DNA of 64,000 nt from Leptonemataceae bacterium. Lineage in GTDB: Bacteria > Spirochaetota > Leptospiria > Leptospirales > Leptonemataceae. The notes under the pieces are model-generated. The model was given only the letters and a program-made list of their open reading frames with translations, did not search any database and was not told where the DNA came from. The stretch covers positions 2,272,001 through 2,336,000 of the forward strand of contig OZ245742.1 in assembly GCA_965227295.1 (NCBI GenBank), in the 5' to 3' direction. Shown here piece by piece: positions 19,012 through 28,847 of the stretch; within the stretch, counting starts at the first letter, position 1; each line of letters begins with the position of its first letter. The translations under genes were made by a program, and so were the position numbers.

Positions 19012-22000
19012 TCAATCCCACGAAGGATGAGGGGTCTGATCTCTCGCTCTCTGTTCTGCATTTGTAAAACCGCTGTCGTTTAAGTGTATGATCGTAGCCA
19101 TCGCCTGAATATACCGGTCAGGACTCAGGCGAACCCTTTCAATTGTAAACGTATTGCCCGGGCCGGGCACAGCTTGCCAGAGGCCATTTTTGTGATATTC
19201 TGTAACTGTTGCAAGCGCAATCGTTTGCATTCCCTCTCCTCTATAGCGGGAACCGATATCGCGGCCGATTCGGTTGTTAAGCTGATCAACAATGGTGTCT
19301 GCAAGTGTTCTTCCACTCAAGCCTTGAAACACTTTTCCCTCAATGTCCAGCCCTTGGCCGGCAGTCGGATTTGGCTCGTGGGCATCTCCGATCTGAGTTG
19401 CAATATCTTCACCGAATTCAGAGGTAATCGTAGCCTGCCATAATGCATGCCTGAATGCATTTACCTCGGTGCCTTCACTACCCATGCTTGGAGTGTTCTC
19501 CAGACCGATTCTCGTAGCAAACCTCACGGAATTTGTGGTAATGTTCGTAGAACCTGATACGAAAGGGCCAATCCGGGCCGCTGCGTGTGGATTATCCCGG
19601 ATAAATTCTCCTGTGGGAGAAAGCATATTTAAATCTGGAGCATCAGAGAACATTTTTGCGATTTCGGTCCGAATGAATCTGCCCAGACCGGCATCGTAAG
19701 TATCCGTCTGATTATGTACAACAACCTGAGATGGACCTACCAAATATGTATGAAGATCCTCGACCGACAGGTTGAATACTTCAGTCTTCCTTTCTCTTGT
19801 AGAGATGGCGACCAATCCAACAACACCTCCTTGGGTCATTAGAATAGATTCGGCCGTAAGGGATTCAGCTTTGACCCAACCTTTGTCCATTACCCAGAAA
19901 GGGTGACTCCAGGTGGTTTCAATTTGGTCACCGGTTGCGAGTGTAAGAACGTAGATCTCAGATGCTTGCCTTGCGAACGTCTTCCGCACACGCTTCCATT
20001 CGAATTCACCTGTAATTACGTTCCAGGCGCGAACAATATTTCCAGTTCGAATTTCCTCGATTTCTTTGAAAAACCGTCCGTGCTTTTCTTCACTTTCGGG
20101 AGTACTCTCATGCACCTGCACAAGTGTTCCTCCAACAAAACACGTTCTAAAATGAAATTCTCCAGTTTCTTCATCAATCCAGCCGTTTACATCGCTTGCA
20201 TTGCCACCGAAGAGAAACTCCAGTTCATCCGCTGCACTTCCGAGCAGTTGTGAAATCCAATTGTCGCCGCGGGAAGGGTCCTCATACCCCGCATCAATCA
20301 ACGCATCCCGAATCGGCCCTTCTTCATGCGCCAGTTCCGGATTCTCGCGCAGCTTCTCCGCCTGCTCCGGCGTAAGCTTGTCGTCTTTCACGAGCTCATC
20401 GATCTTCGCGAGTCGCTGTTCCTCCCACGCCGTCACATTCCCTAACTGCTCCTCAAGTTCACTTAGCTCATCGCGGATCGCATCCAGCCGTTCCGGCGAT
20501 GTGCCCGGATTCGCCGCTTCGAGACGCAACTCCGCCTGAAGCGTGTGAATCCCGAGTGCCGCCTTTTCCAGCGATTGAATCTCGAAGTCCGTCGTAATGC
20601 CCTGCGACGCCGTAACATGCCCGTCGCCGAAGTTAAACGTTGTGCCGACACCCGTCCCGATGCCGTGAAAGCCGGCCTGCGTAATATCACTTATGCCGAC
20701 GCTCTGCTGAAACGAAAGATCCCACGTATCGTTCGCGTTGTACGTCAGCCCCGTGCCGACGCTGTGACCGTAGCTGTATTGACCCTCGCGTCCATCCCAC
20801 GCCGTACTCACGCCGCCGGTAAAACTCAGGTCGCTGCCGGTCGGTCCGAAACCCACGCCGACGTTCCACGAGGCCTTGCCCAGGTTATTGTGAATGTTGC
20901 TTTCGAAATTCTGATAGTACCCGAGATTTCCTCCGGCCCAGTCGCCGCTGTGCGCATCCCAGGAACTGCCGAGGCCAATGTGCCCGAACTCTCCGCCTTC
21001 GCCGAGGTCCACACCGATCGACGCGCCGTAACCGGTGATGCCCTCGTACTCGTTGTAACTGAAATTCACACCGGCACTCAAACCGAACGCGTCGCCCTCG
21101 TCGCCGCCGAGGATCGGTAGCTTAACCCCGCCGGTCATGCCGAAGCCCTGCTCAAAACTATAACTGAAACCGATCTGACCCACGCCGCCGGTGTAATAAC
21201 TCAACGCGCCCTGGGCCGCGCCGCTGGCGAGGCCCGCGAGCGCGCCGGTCGTGCCGCCGTGCAGCGACCCAAGATAACTCTGCTTCGCCGAATAATACGC
21301 CGCGGTAACCGCCGCCGCCGTCGCGTTTCCGATGCCCGGTAAAATCGAACTCACCACCTGTAACGTCGTAAACGCCGTCGTCTCCACCGCCTGGAGCGCC
21401 ACCTGGCCGTCGTCGTGATACTGCGCGTTCCGCCACGCATACGTCGGCGAACTCATGGCGGCGAGCGTATGTCCGGCGGCGCTCAGTTGCGGGCTGCCGC
21501 TGTAAGCCAGCGCATTGCCGAGAACCACGAACGGCCCGCCGACCATGTCCTCCGGCCGCAACCGCATGGCACTCCGGCGCTGGTCTCTAAGCTGCGCCTT
21601 GCTATATTCTTGTGACAACCAGTTAGAAAGACCGGGGATCCCCAGCGCATCCTCGACCAGGCTCAGGCTGTAGCTCACCGCCGCGTAGCCCAGATCGCCG
21701 CCGCTGCCGAGCAGGGCGCCCCACGCCCCCGCGGGAATGCCCGTCACGTCTTCCAGCGCCTGGGTCATCGGCGCCATCAGCGCGCTGCGCACCGAACCGG
21801 TGGCGGCGCCCAGGGCCGTGCCGCCGGTCGCCATGCTGAAGATCATCTCTTCCAGCAACTCCGCCTGCTGGATCAGGCCGGACCGCGAACCCTCGAACTG
21901 CTGCACGCGATTGTCGCGCAGTTGGTCCGCCGCGTACATCGTCTGGCCAATGTTCTGAAACTGATCGTTCGCGTCGTCGTAGAGTTCGTCTAACCCGTCC

Positions 22001-24555
22001 GCGTACGAACCTAAGACCGCGCCCGCGTCCCAATCATCAAAAAGGTGGCCCGTCTCCGGTAGCGCGCTGTAGCCCGCCCCGGCGATGTTCAACGTCTGCG
22101 TCGTTTCCCCCGCGACGTAGGCTTCTTCCAGCGTCGCGTCGCCGCCGATGTAGTAAGCCTCACCGTTTTTAATCGTGCGTGTCGCAAGCAACCGCCCGTT
22201 GCGTTCTTCCACGGTCCACACCGCGTCGGTGCTGTCCTCGCGTTCTTCCTGAATGATCTGATCCGCCGTCTTCTCGTCGAGGTCGATCTCGTGCCGGAGC
22301 ACGTACCGCATCAACGTATCAACATCCAGCTCATCCCCCTGGCCGACCTGCTCCATAATGCGTTCGATGATCTCCGCGCGAGAAAGATCTTCGAGCGCAT
22401 CGGCTTCCACGCCTTCGATTTGTGCGAGCACCCAGTCGAGAAAGATGCTCGTATCGTTCGCGTCGGCGTAACGATCCGTCGTGATCATGTCGATCGTCAT
22501 CGCCTGGATCTTCGCGCGCTCGCGTTCGTAACCGAGCTGCATCGCGTTCGTGAGAGCAAGATTGCCCGAACCCGCAAGACTGCGCCGTGCGCCGTTTTCG
22601 AACGCCGCCAGTCGCGCAACGTCGGGAATGCCGTTGTCGATGACGCTCAGATAACCGGACGTAATCTGCGGCCCTTCGAGATAGTTTAGATTCGTTATGA
22701 GTTTCGCCGCGTCGGGCGCGTCCTCGATGGCGGCGATGTTACGCACGGCAGCGCGCACGATCTCGCGCTGTTTCTCCGGCGCGTATTGCTGCGCCGCGGC
22801 CACGCTTGCGCGGCTGTCCCGCCAGGTCTTCCGGCCGGCTTTTTTCGTATCCGCGGCCTGCGCCATCCAGCGACTCTTCGCCGTCGCGAGCAGTGCAGCG
22901 TTCTCTTCATAAGTACTGCGGGCCTGCCCGCGAAATTGATCCGCCTGCGTGAGCCATTGCTGATAGTTCGCTTCGTATTGCGCGCGCTGAGTTTCCCAGG
23001 CCTGCGCCGCCGGAAGATACTGCGAATCCCACTGCGCGATCATCGCGTCGAGATCGTTCATGTATCCCTGCCAGCGATTCACATTTGCCTGCGCGTTATG
23101 GTCGACGTAACGATACGAAACATCGATGCGCGCTTCGGCTTCGCTGTGAATGTCCGTGCACTGAGTAAACGATATGCCGCCGAGGCCGCCGCCACCGCCC
23201 GGGCACAGATAGCTGAAACGATACTCGTAAGCGCCCGCGCCCGCAACGCTGTAAAGCTCCTGGGTATTCGTAAGCTGTCCCGGCAGGCCGATCGGATACA
23301 AACCCGCGGGCGAGTAGCCCTGCGCATCGGCACTCAAAATTTGAATGCTGCGGTGTCCCGGCTCGCCGGACCACGCGCGTACCTGATTGATCAACGTGGA
23401 ATGATTTCCATTATAGTAATCGCGAATGGCGATCAGTTCGCTGATGCTGTGCGTCGCGGCGGCACCGAGACTCCCGAGCGGCACGGCGGTATTCGGCAGG
23501 CTAATGTCCTGAGTAACCCGACCGGCCCAGACGTCGCGCTCGCTCTCGGCGTCCGCGCGGCGGGCGATCAGTTCATCGCGCATCAACGTCGCGATGCTGG
23601 AAAGCGGCGCATTTGCGGCCAGCTGCGCCTGCAGGGTCGCAATGGTCGCCTGGATCTGCAGGCCGGCGGCGTTCAGGTTGTTCCAGTCGGGACTACAGCT
23701 GTAGCTCGCGTCACAGTTCTCGTCGTGAAAGACGGCGTGATTGCTCACAAACGAGTCGAGGGAAGTCAACTGACCGGCAAGGCCCTGGCGCACGTGATCT
23801 TCGGCGGCCCGCACCGACGCTAAGTTCTCTTCGAATTGACTTTGGGCCGCGGCCAGATTCGCGAGGAAGTTTCGGTAGTCGTTGTACTGCCCGGCTTCGG
23901 CCGCACGGAACTGTGAGAGCCCCTGCTGCACTTCCAGGTCGTACCGGCGTTCCCAGGCGCGTTCCCCGGCGGCCAATCGTTCTAATATATTTTCAAACGA
24001 AGTTTGATCAAAACTGTCTTCGATCGCCTCCGCGTTACGTTCGATCTCAACCTCGCTGCGTTGATTGCGCGCGACTTCCAGGCCTTCGGCAATCGCCGCG
24101 AGATAATCCTGCCGACCCGCGGCGGTGTCGATGTCGATCTGAGATTCCCACGCGGCAAAGGCGGCGGCGCGCTGGAGTTCCAGTTGTGCCCGCAGATAGC
24201 TCCGATATTCGGCCGTGTTGTGAAAGGCGTCGCTGTGATTGACGCCGCTCAGATAACTCTGGATCTCGGCGTCGACCGCGGCTTCCCAGCGCGCCGTCCA
24301 GATGGCGCGCATGTCCGCAATGTTTTGTTCGTAGCCGCTCAGATCATCCGCGTCCGCCGCGGCCTGCTCGCGTTCGCCGGACGCCTCGCCGGGATACTGT
24401 GAAGGGTCCAGATTCGGCACGGGTACGGCCTGCGCTGCCAGAGGGGCCGTGGATATAGTGGATATAAACAACATCACGCCGGCGGTCAGCGCCGCGGTCG
24501 CCCGGCGAAAGAGGGACCTGTATTTATAAGAACGGCTTTTCATGTGAGTTACCAA
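19012..24555 (-). CDS. Full-length secreted polymorphic toxin (TIGR04388-like large protein) with HINT domain (19711-20142) and NAFRH-type C-terminal toxin
   Basis: 1847 aa; signal peptide ending PLAAQAVPVPNL; helical N-region; Gly-rich beta region; CFVGGTLV...VVVHN; GTEVNAFRHALWQA...GDAHE. Confidence 0.88.
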   Translation of the reverse strand: MVTHMKSRSYKYRSLFRRATAALTAGVMLFISTISTAPLAAQAVPVPNLDPSQYPGEASGEREQAAADADDLSGYEQNIADMRAIWTARWEAAVDAEIQSYLSGVNHSDAFHNTAEYRSYLRAQLELQRAAAFAAWESQIDIDTAAGRQDYLAAIAEGLEVARNQRSEVEIERNAEAIEDSFDQTSFENILERLAAGERAWERRYDLEVQQGLSQFRAAEAGQYNDYRNFLANLAAAQSQFEENLASVRAAEDHVRQGLAGQLTSLDSFVSNHAVFHDENCDASYSCSPDWNNLNAAGLQIQATIATLQAQLAANAPLSSIATLMRDELIARRADAESERDVWAGRVTQDISLPNTAVPLGSLGAAATHSISELIAIRDYYNGNHSTLINQVRAWSGEPGHRSIQILSADAQGYSPAGLYPIGLPGQLTNTQELYSVAGAGAYEYRFSYLCPGGGGGLGGISFTQCTDIHSEAEARIDVSYRYVDHNAQANVNRWQGYMNDLDAMIAQWDSQYLPAAQAWETQRAQYEANYQQWLTQADQFRGQARSTYEENAALLATAKSRWMAQAADTKKAGRKTWRDSRASVAAAQQYAPEKQREIVRAAVRNIAAIEDAPDAAKLITNLNYLEGPQITSGYLSVIDNGIPDVARLAAFENGARRSLAGSGNLALTNAMQLGYERERAKIQAMTIDMITTDRYADANDTSIFLDWVLAQIEGVEADALEDLSRAEIIERIMEQVGQGDELDVDTLMRYVLRHEIDLDEKTADQIIQEEREDSTDAVWTVEERNGRLLATRTIKNGEAYYIGGDATLEEAYVAGETTQTLNIAGAGYSALPETGHLFDDWDAGAVLGSYADGLDELYDDANDQFQNIGQTMYAADQLRDNRVQQFEGSRSGLIQQAELLEEMIFSMATGGTALGAATGSVRSALMAPMTQALEDVTGIPAGAWGALLGSGGDLGYAAVSYSLSLVEDALGIPGLSNWLSQEYSKAQLRDQRRSAMRLRPEDMVGGPFVVLGNALAYSGSPQLSAAGHTLAAMSSPTYAWRNAQYHDDGQVALQAVETTAFTTLQVVSSILPGIGNATAAAVTAAYYSAKQSYLGSLHGGTTGALAGLASGAAQGALSYYTGGVGQIGFSYSFEQGFGMTGGVKLPILGGDEGDAFGLSAGVNFSYNEYEGITGYGASIGVDLGEGGEFGHIGLGSSWDAHSGDWAGGNLGYYQNFESNIHNNLGKASWNVGVGFGPTGSDLSFTGGVSTAWDGREGQYSYGHSVGTGLTYNANDTWDLSFQQSVGISDITQAGFHGIGTGVGTTFNFGDGHVTASQGITTDFEIQSLEKAALGIHTLQAELRLEAANPGTSPERLDAIRDELSELEEQLGNVTAWEEQRLAKIDELVKDDKLTPEQAEKLRENPELAHEEGPIRDALIDAGYEDPSRGDNWISQLLGSAADELEFLFGGNASDVNGWIDEETGEFHFRTCFVGGTLVQVHESTPESEEKHGRFFKEIEEIRTGNIVRAWNVITGEFEWKRVRKTFARQASEIYVLTLATGDQIETTWSHPFWVMDKGWVKAESLTAESILMTQGGVVGLVAISTRERKTEVFNLSVEDLHTYLVGPSQVVVHNQTDTYDAGLGRFIRTEIAKMFSDAPDLNMLSPTGEFIRDNPHAAARIGPFVSGSTNITTNSVRFATRIGLENTPSMGSEGTEVNAFRHALWQATITSEFGEDIATQIGDAHEPNPTAGQGLDIEGKVFQGLSGRTLADTIVDQLNNRIGRDIGSRYRGEGMQTIALATVTEYHKNGLWQAVPGPGNTFTIERVRLSPDRYIQAMATIIHLNDSGFTNAEQRARDQTPHPSWD

Positions 24556-24676
24556 TTTGTTAAGAAAGTGTAAGATTGCCCGGGTATCTTCTTGCCAGAT
24601 TCAGCTATGCGCCCGGAGTGTCATAAATTATATTAGTGTAACTTTACTTTTTTTGTGAAGCGCACGATAGAATCAA

Positions 24677-25216
24677 ATGCATATTCTTCAGCACATACGC
24701 CGCTCCCTCGCCGGGTTGTTATTTCGGCCGTCGGTCTTTTTCGGAACGCGTGAGTTCGACCGCCCGCGTCTCGTCGCGCTGACCGTTTTTCTCGTGATTT
24801 GCAGTGTCGCACTATGGATCGCGGGCGGGCGGCCGACGTTCGTGCTCGGGTGGACGTTGATCGTTGCGGTGATATCGGTGTTGCGGTTCATTGTGTTACT
24901 GGTGCTGGAGAACGAACGGCCGGCCTTGCGCGACACCATCCTCATTACAGCCTTCTCCCTGTTGCCGCTTATGATCTGCGGCCTGGTAATCGGCTTCATC
25001 AACGCGATTCATCCGCCGACAGACTGGAGTATACGTTTAAAATGGTTCGCGTTTCCGGCCCTCGTCGCAATCGTGTGGGAAGCCGTGCTGGCCGTCACCG
25101 GGCTGCGCGTTCGCATCGAACAAAACCTCGGGCGGGCCGTACTGACCTGGATGACGGTGTGGTGCTTCGCCGTCGGAGGCGCGGCGTTTCTGATCGCGGG
25201 CGTCGTCATTCGATAG
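24677..25216 (+). CDS. Membrane protein (Yip1-like, about 5 TM)
   Basis: Hydrophobic helices; LLFRPSVFF N-terminal pattern. Confidence 0.6.
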   Translation: MHILQHIRRSLAGLLFRPSVFFGTREFDRPRLVALTVFLVICSVALWIAGGRPTFVLGWTLIVAVISVLRFIVLLVLENERPALRDTILITAFSLLPLMICGLVIGFINAIHPPTDWSIRLKWFAFPALVAIVWEAVLAVTGLRVRIEQNLGRAVLTWMTVWCFAVGGAAFLIAGVVIR

Positions 25217-25262
25217 ACGTTGCGCTCGACCGTTATCGATTGCTGATTAAATTACCATGTTA

Positions 25263-25808
25263 TCATTTCCCTGGTCGCTTTAACTCCCGCAGCGTCTCCT
25301 CAATCCACGCCAGCTCCGCCTCCGTCGACAGCACGCCCTTGCGCAGCGTAATCAACCAGAACGGCGCGTCCGGATTCCCGGAGGCGTTCTTGCGAATGTC
25401 CGCGGCGATTTTTTCGTACGTATCCAGCGTGCGACGCATGCGCAGGCGTTTCTCTTCCAGGAACTCGGCGTGCAACGGTTCGTCGGCAATGCGGGCGCCG
25501 AAAAAAAGTTTCAGCAACATCTCGTCGCGCACCTGGAACTCGTCCGGCGGTTCGCGCAGGTACTCGTCCAGGGCGCGCCCGCCGGCCGCGGTCATCCGGT
25601 AGAGCCGTCGGCCGGCCTGGTCCTCATCTTTCGCGCGCACGAGCCCCTGTTCTTCGAGTTCTTTCAGCATGGGATAAATCTGCCCGAAGCTTTCGTTCCA
25701 GAAGTAACCGATGCTGCCGTCGATGAACTTCTTAATGTCGTACCCGGACGCCGGCCCGTGACTGAGCACGCCGAGTAACGCGAACTTTGTTTTACTGCGC
25801 CTGGCCAT
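25263..25808 (-). CDS. PadR family transcriptional regulator
   Basis: ALLGVLSHGPASGYDIKK...FWNESFGQIYPMLKELEEQGLV; RDEMLLKLFF. Confidence 0.92.
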   Translation of the reverse strand: MARRSKTKFALLGVLSHGPASGYDIKKFIDGSIGYFWNESFGQIYPMLKELEEQGLVRAKDEDQAGRRLYRMTAAGGRALDEYLREPPDEFQVRDEMLLKLFFGARIADEPLHAEFLEEKRLRMRRTLDTYEKIAADIRKNASGNPDAPFWLITLRKGVLSTEAELAWIEETLRELKRPGK

Positions 25809-25818
25809 GACGAAAGAT

Positions 25819-27360
25819 TCAACGCCCGGCGAACCAGTCACCGTGAAAACTGAGCGGCGAATGATGGCGCAGATGCACGCAGGCCCGCGGACCCGCGCCG
25901 ACGTTCCCGGCGTCGAGGATCGCAAGCAAGCTGCGCTTCGTGTCGCCGTCGTAGACGAGACTCAACAGATAGCCGTGCTCCCCGCCGGGAGCGAAGACCG
26001 GTTCGCCGCAGTACCGACCGGGGCCGAAGTCGTAGAAATCCGTCGCGCCGTTCTCCGTATTCAAGCGCACAATGCGCGACCAGAACGCATCCGCCGACCC
26101 CCGCGACGCGAGATAAGCGTCACGATGACGATGGCAAACCTCTTCCGGTCGCACCATGGGAAACTCGTAGTCGTCGTCGCCGGCCAGGGTTTCGCAGCGC
26201 AGACTGCCCGTGCGACCCGCGGGAATCACGTAGCGCCGCAGGCGTCCGTGAAAGGCGTCGTCGTCTTCCGGTGCGAACTCTCCGCGCATCAGGGCGAAGA
26301 GCGGCGAATCGTCACCGGTGCCGAGGCCTGCCGGTTGATCCGATCCCACAAAGTCGGCGATGATTTCCCCGCTCGCCGTTTCGTAGGCGTTCAACGTATG
26401 CCAGCACCAGGCGGCCGGCGCTTCGAAGACGCGCGGTACTTCCCGGCATTCGCGATCGACGACGAGTACGCGGTTGCCGCGCTCCGCCTGCCAGGTAATG
26501 GCGTCCGTAAAGGCGATGTTGCCGCCCAGAAAACGCATGAGCCGTGACGGAGGCACGACCGCCGGGTGCAGCACGAACACGAGATGATGCTCCGTGACCA
26601 ACCAGTCGTGCAGATAGTACATGGCGTCCAGCGGCAAGAATCGTTTCACTAACAGCTTGTGATTCGCATCGAAGATCGTCACCTGAATGAAGTTCTCTTT
26701 GCCGTAGACCATGCCGAAGTGCAGCCACTCGCCGCTCTTCCCGTCGATCTTGCCGTGGGCCGCAAACGAGTTGCCGGGGTTCGGCGCGCCCGCGGTGTTC
26801 GTCGTCGCCGGCAGGTCCCGAAAAGACTCCGCCAGGCCGCGGGTTTCCAGGCTGTGCGCATCGATCTCGTACGGCGGCACGCCCTCGTCGAAGGCGAAGA
26901 GTGCGTCCCCGCGCCGCCGCACGGATACGCCGGCCTGATTGCGCATGGCCCGGGCGCCGAAGTTGCGAAACATACCGCCGGGGGCCAGGGTCGACCAGGT
27001 GGCGTAGAGGAAACGATCGGCGGCTTCTTCGGCGACGAACTTTTCCGTACGCGTAAAACGATTGCGATAGCGTACGCGGGCGTTGCCGTCGGCGCCGTCT
27101 TCGAAATCGAAGGCCTGCACCATGCCGTCGCCGTCGAGCAACATGCGTTTGCGCCGGCCGTTTCGATCAAAGCGGCCCGGACCGTTGCGATACAAACTGC
27201 CGCGCAGGTCACGCGGAAGTTCGCCTTCGATTTCAGCGAAGTAATCGTGTTCTTGGCCGAGGGTGGTGGCGAGACCGGCGAAGCGCAGCGGGTGTTCGTC
27301 GAGTCCCGGCCAGCGCTCGCGATGCATTTTCAGCGGTCCGCGATTGTGAAAGATGGTCAT
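25819..27360 (-). CDS. Carotenoid cleavage oxygenase family dioxygenase
   Basis: IEGELPRDLRGSLYRNGPG, DGDGMV, His ligands (AHGK, HDW, WHTLN, FHG), GEPVFAP. Confidence 0.93.
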   Translation of the reverse strand: MTIFHNRGPLKMHRERWPGLDEHPLRFAGLATTLGQEHDYFAEIEGELPRDLRGSLYRNGPGRFDRNGRRKRMLLDGDGMVQAFDFEDGADGNARVRYRNRFTRTEKFVAEEAADRFLYATWSTLAPGGMFRNFGARAMRNQAGVSVRRRGDALFAFDEGVPPYEIDAHSLETRGLAESFRDLPATTNTAGAPNPGNSFAAHGKIDGKSGEWLHFGMVYGKENFIQVTIFDANHKLLVKRFLPLDAMYYLHDWLVTEHHLVFVLHPAVVPPSRLMRFLGGNIAFTDAITWQAERGNRVLVVDRECREVPRVFEAPAAWCWHTLNAYETASGEIIADFVGSDQPAGLGTGDDSPLFALMRGEFAPEDDDAFHGRLRRYVIPAGRTGSLRCETLAGDDDYEFPMVRPEEVCHRHRDAYLASRGSADAFWSRIVRLNTENGATDFYDFGPGRYCGEPVFAPGGEHGYLLSLVYDGDTKRSLLAILDAGNVGAGPRACVHLRHHSPLSFHGDWFAGR

Positions 27361-28052
27361 GGGCTTGTCTCCTGAAGTGGTGCGACCCGGGGCCGCGTAG
27401 TATTTAATGAGAGCAGGTTAGCGCTACGGGCGGCGGCTTTCTGCAACGCGATGAGCAACGTCACCCCGGCAATGCACACAGCCAGCAGGAAGATTTCGTA
27501 CGTGAGGTCGCGACCGAAGACGTTGTTGCCGCCGTCGTTGAGTTTCAGCAGCAACGCGAAGATCAGAAACGCGGGGAGAATCACCGTGGAAAAATGCAGA
27601 ATGAGAATGCGGGCACGTAGACGCGGTGTAAAGATGCGGCCGGACTCGCGAATCAGTTCGTCGCCCGGATACAGGGCCGGCATGAGGAAACGACGCACGA
27701 GATACTCCGCGCCGTAGTAGGACGGCACGAAGATCACACCGGCCTGGGTAAACAGCTGCAGGCCGATGAAAGCCAGGTGATCCATCTGTAGCTCAAGGCC
27801 GCGCACGCCGATAGCGATCAGCGTAAATACAAAGCCGGCGATCCATCCCGCCGAGCCGATCAACGAAGAACTGAGCGGCAGGTTCGCGAGGCGTCTGCGC
27901 GTTGCCGCCGGCAGAGCGGACGGATCCTGCGCGCGAAAAAAACGCACCAGCGGCGGCACCACGAAGACGCCGAAGAGCGCCACCACCACCGGAAAGGGCA
28001 GGGCAAACGACATCATACGCGTAACGGAAGCTTCGGCGATCCAGTATGTCAT
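27357..28052 (-). CDS. Membrane protein, possibly the TM sensor part of a truncated signalling protein
   Basis: About 5 TM helices; stop overlaps the oxygenase start. Confidence 0.6.
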   Translation of the reverse strand: MTYWIAEASVTRMMSFALPFPVVVALFGVFVVPPLVRFFRAQDPSALPAATRRRLANLPLSSSLIGSAGWIAGFVFTLIAIGVRGLELQMDHLAFIGLQLFTQAGVIFVPSYYGAEYLVRRFLMPALYPGDELIRESGRIFTPRLRARILILHFSTVILPAFLIFALLLKLNDGGNNVFGRDLTYEIFLLAVCIAGVTLLIALQKAAARSANLLSLNTTRPRVAPLQETSP

Positions 28053-28055
28053 CCT

Positions 28056-28084
28056 CGCAGATATATCTAAAAGATATATCTGCG
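28056..28084. promoter_or_regulatory. Palindromic operator, candidate PadR site
   Basis: CGCAGATATATCT-aaa-AGATATATCTGCG perfect 13-bp inverted repeat between a TTGACC box and the operon start. Confidence 0.7.
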
Positions 28085-28101
28085 CACTGGCGGGTCAACA
28101 C

Positions 28102-28132
28102 AAAAAAATCCAGGCGGAGGCCGCCTGGATTT
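28102..28132 (-). terminator. Intrinsic terminator after the NlpC/P60 gene
   Basis: AAATCCAGGCGG-cct-CCGCCTGGA followed by a T run on the minus strand. Confidence 0.75.
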
Positions 28133-28148
28133 CGGAGGAGTGTGGAGA

Positions 28149-28646
28149 TCAGCGCGCCGTGCGGGCGCCGCGAAAGCGATCCTGCCAGTAGGGCACGTCG
28201 AAGCGTTCCAGACGGACGGTGTCCCCGGACTTCGGGGCGTGGATGAACCAGCGTCCGCCGGTGTTCGGGGCGCCGGCCTGGTCCGCGTCGCCCAGGAAGA
28301 CGCCGACGTGGGTAATGCCGTCGGCCCCGGGATCGGCGGAGAAGAAGACCAGGTCCCCGCGGCGCGGCTCCCCGGGCACGATGGCCAGCCGATCGAACTG
28401 CTCGCCGGTGCTGCGCGGGATGCGCGTCCCGGCAATGCGATACGTATACATGGCAAAGCCGGAGCAGTCGAAGCCGCCCGGATCACTGCCGCCGTACAGG
28501 TACGGGCTGCCTTCGAATTCCCGGGCCAGCTCGGCCACGTCGGGCCGCGCCGGGGGGTAGTTTTCCCGGCCCTGGGCAAACGTAATCGCGACGACGCCGA
28601 ACGCCGTCAGAGTCGCGATCCAGAAGTGTTGGAACAAGGTCTTCAT
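28149..28646 (-). CDS. NlpC/P60 (C40) peptidoglycan peptidase
   Basis: Signal peptide; PYLYGG...GFDCSG, GDLVFF, HVGV, FIHA. Confidence 0.93.
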   Translation of the reverse strand: MKTLFQHFWIATLTAFGVVAITFAQGRENYPPARPDVAELAREFEGSPYLYGGSDPGGFDCSGFAMYTYRIAGTRIPRSTGEQFDRLAIVPGEPRRGDLVFFSADPGADGITHVGVFLGDADQAGAPNTGGRWFIHAPKSGDTVRLERFDVPYWQDRFRGARTAR

Positions 28647-28847
28647 GCTCGCCTCCGTATGAGACGAGAGTTGCAACGGATGTACCTGGCGAAAAAACGG
28701 CGAAATTGGGTGATTTCTGTTTAGAAAGTGGAATGTTTTTATGTCAGAATGAAGTGATTTTAACTCAGTAGAATGGGTGCAGGACTTTTTGGGCGTCTGC
28801 CCCGCCGCGGTTGTAGGGGGGCACCGAAGGATCGCAATGGCTTCTTC

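Noticed and set aside
19711..20142. Selfish intein with homing endonuclease
   Set aside because: Only about 144 aa, with no endonuclease and no Cys/Ser/Thr at +1
7490..20900. Diversity-generating retroelement (TR/VR) reading of the scaffold copies
   Set aside because: Differences are mixed, largely synonymous substitutions rather than adenine-specific, and no reverse transcriptase is seen
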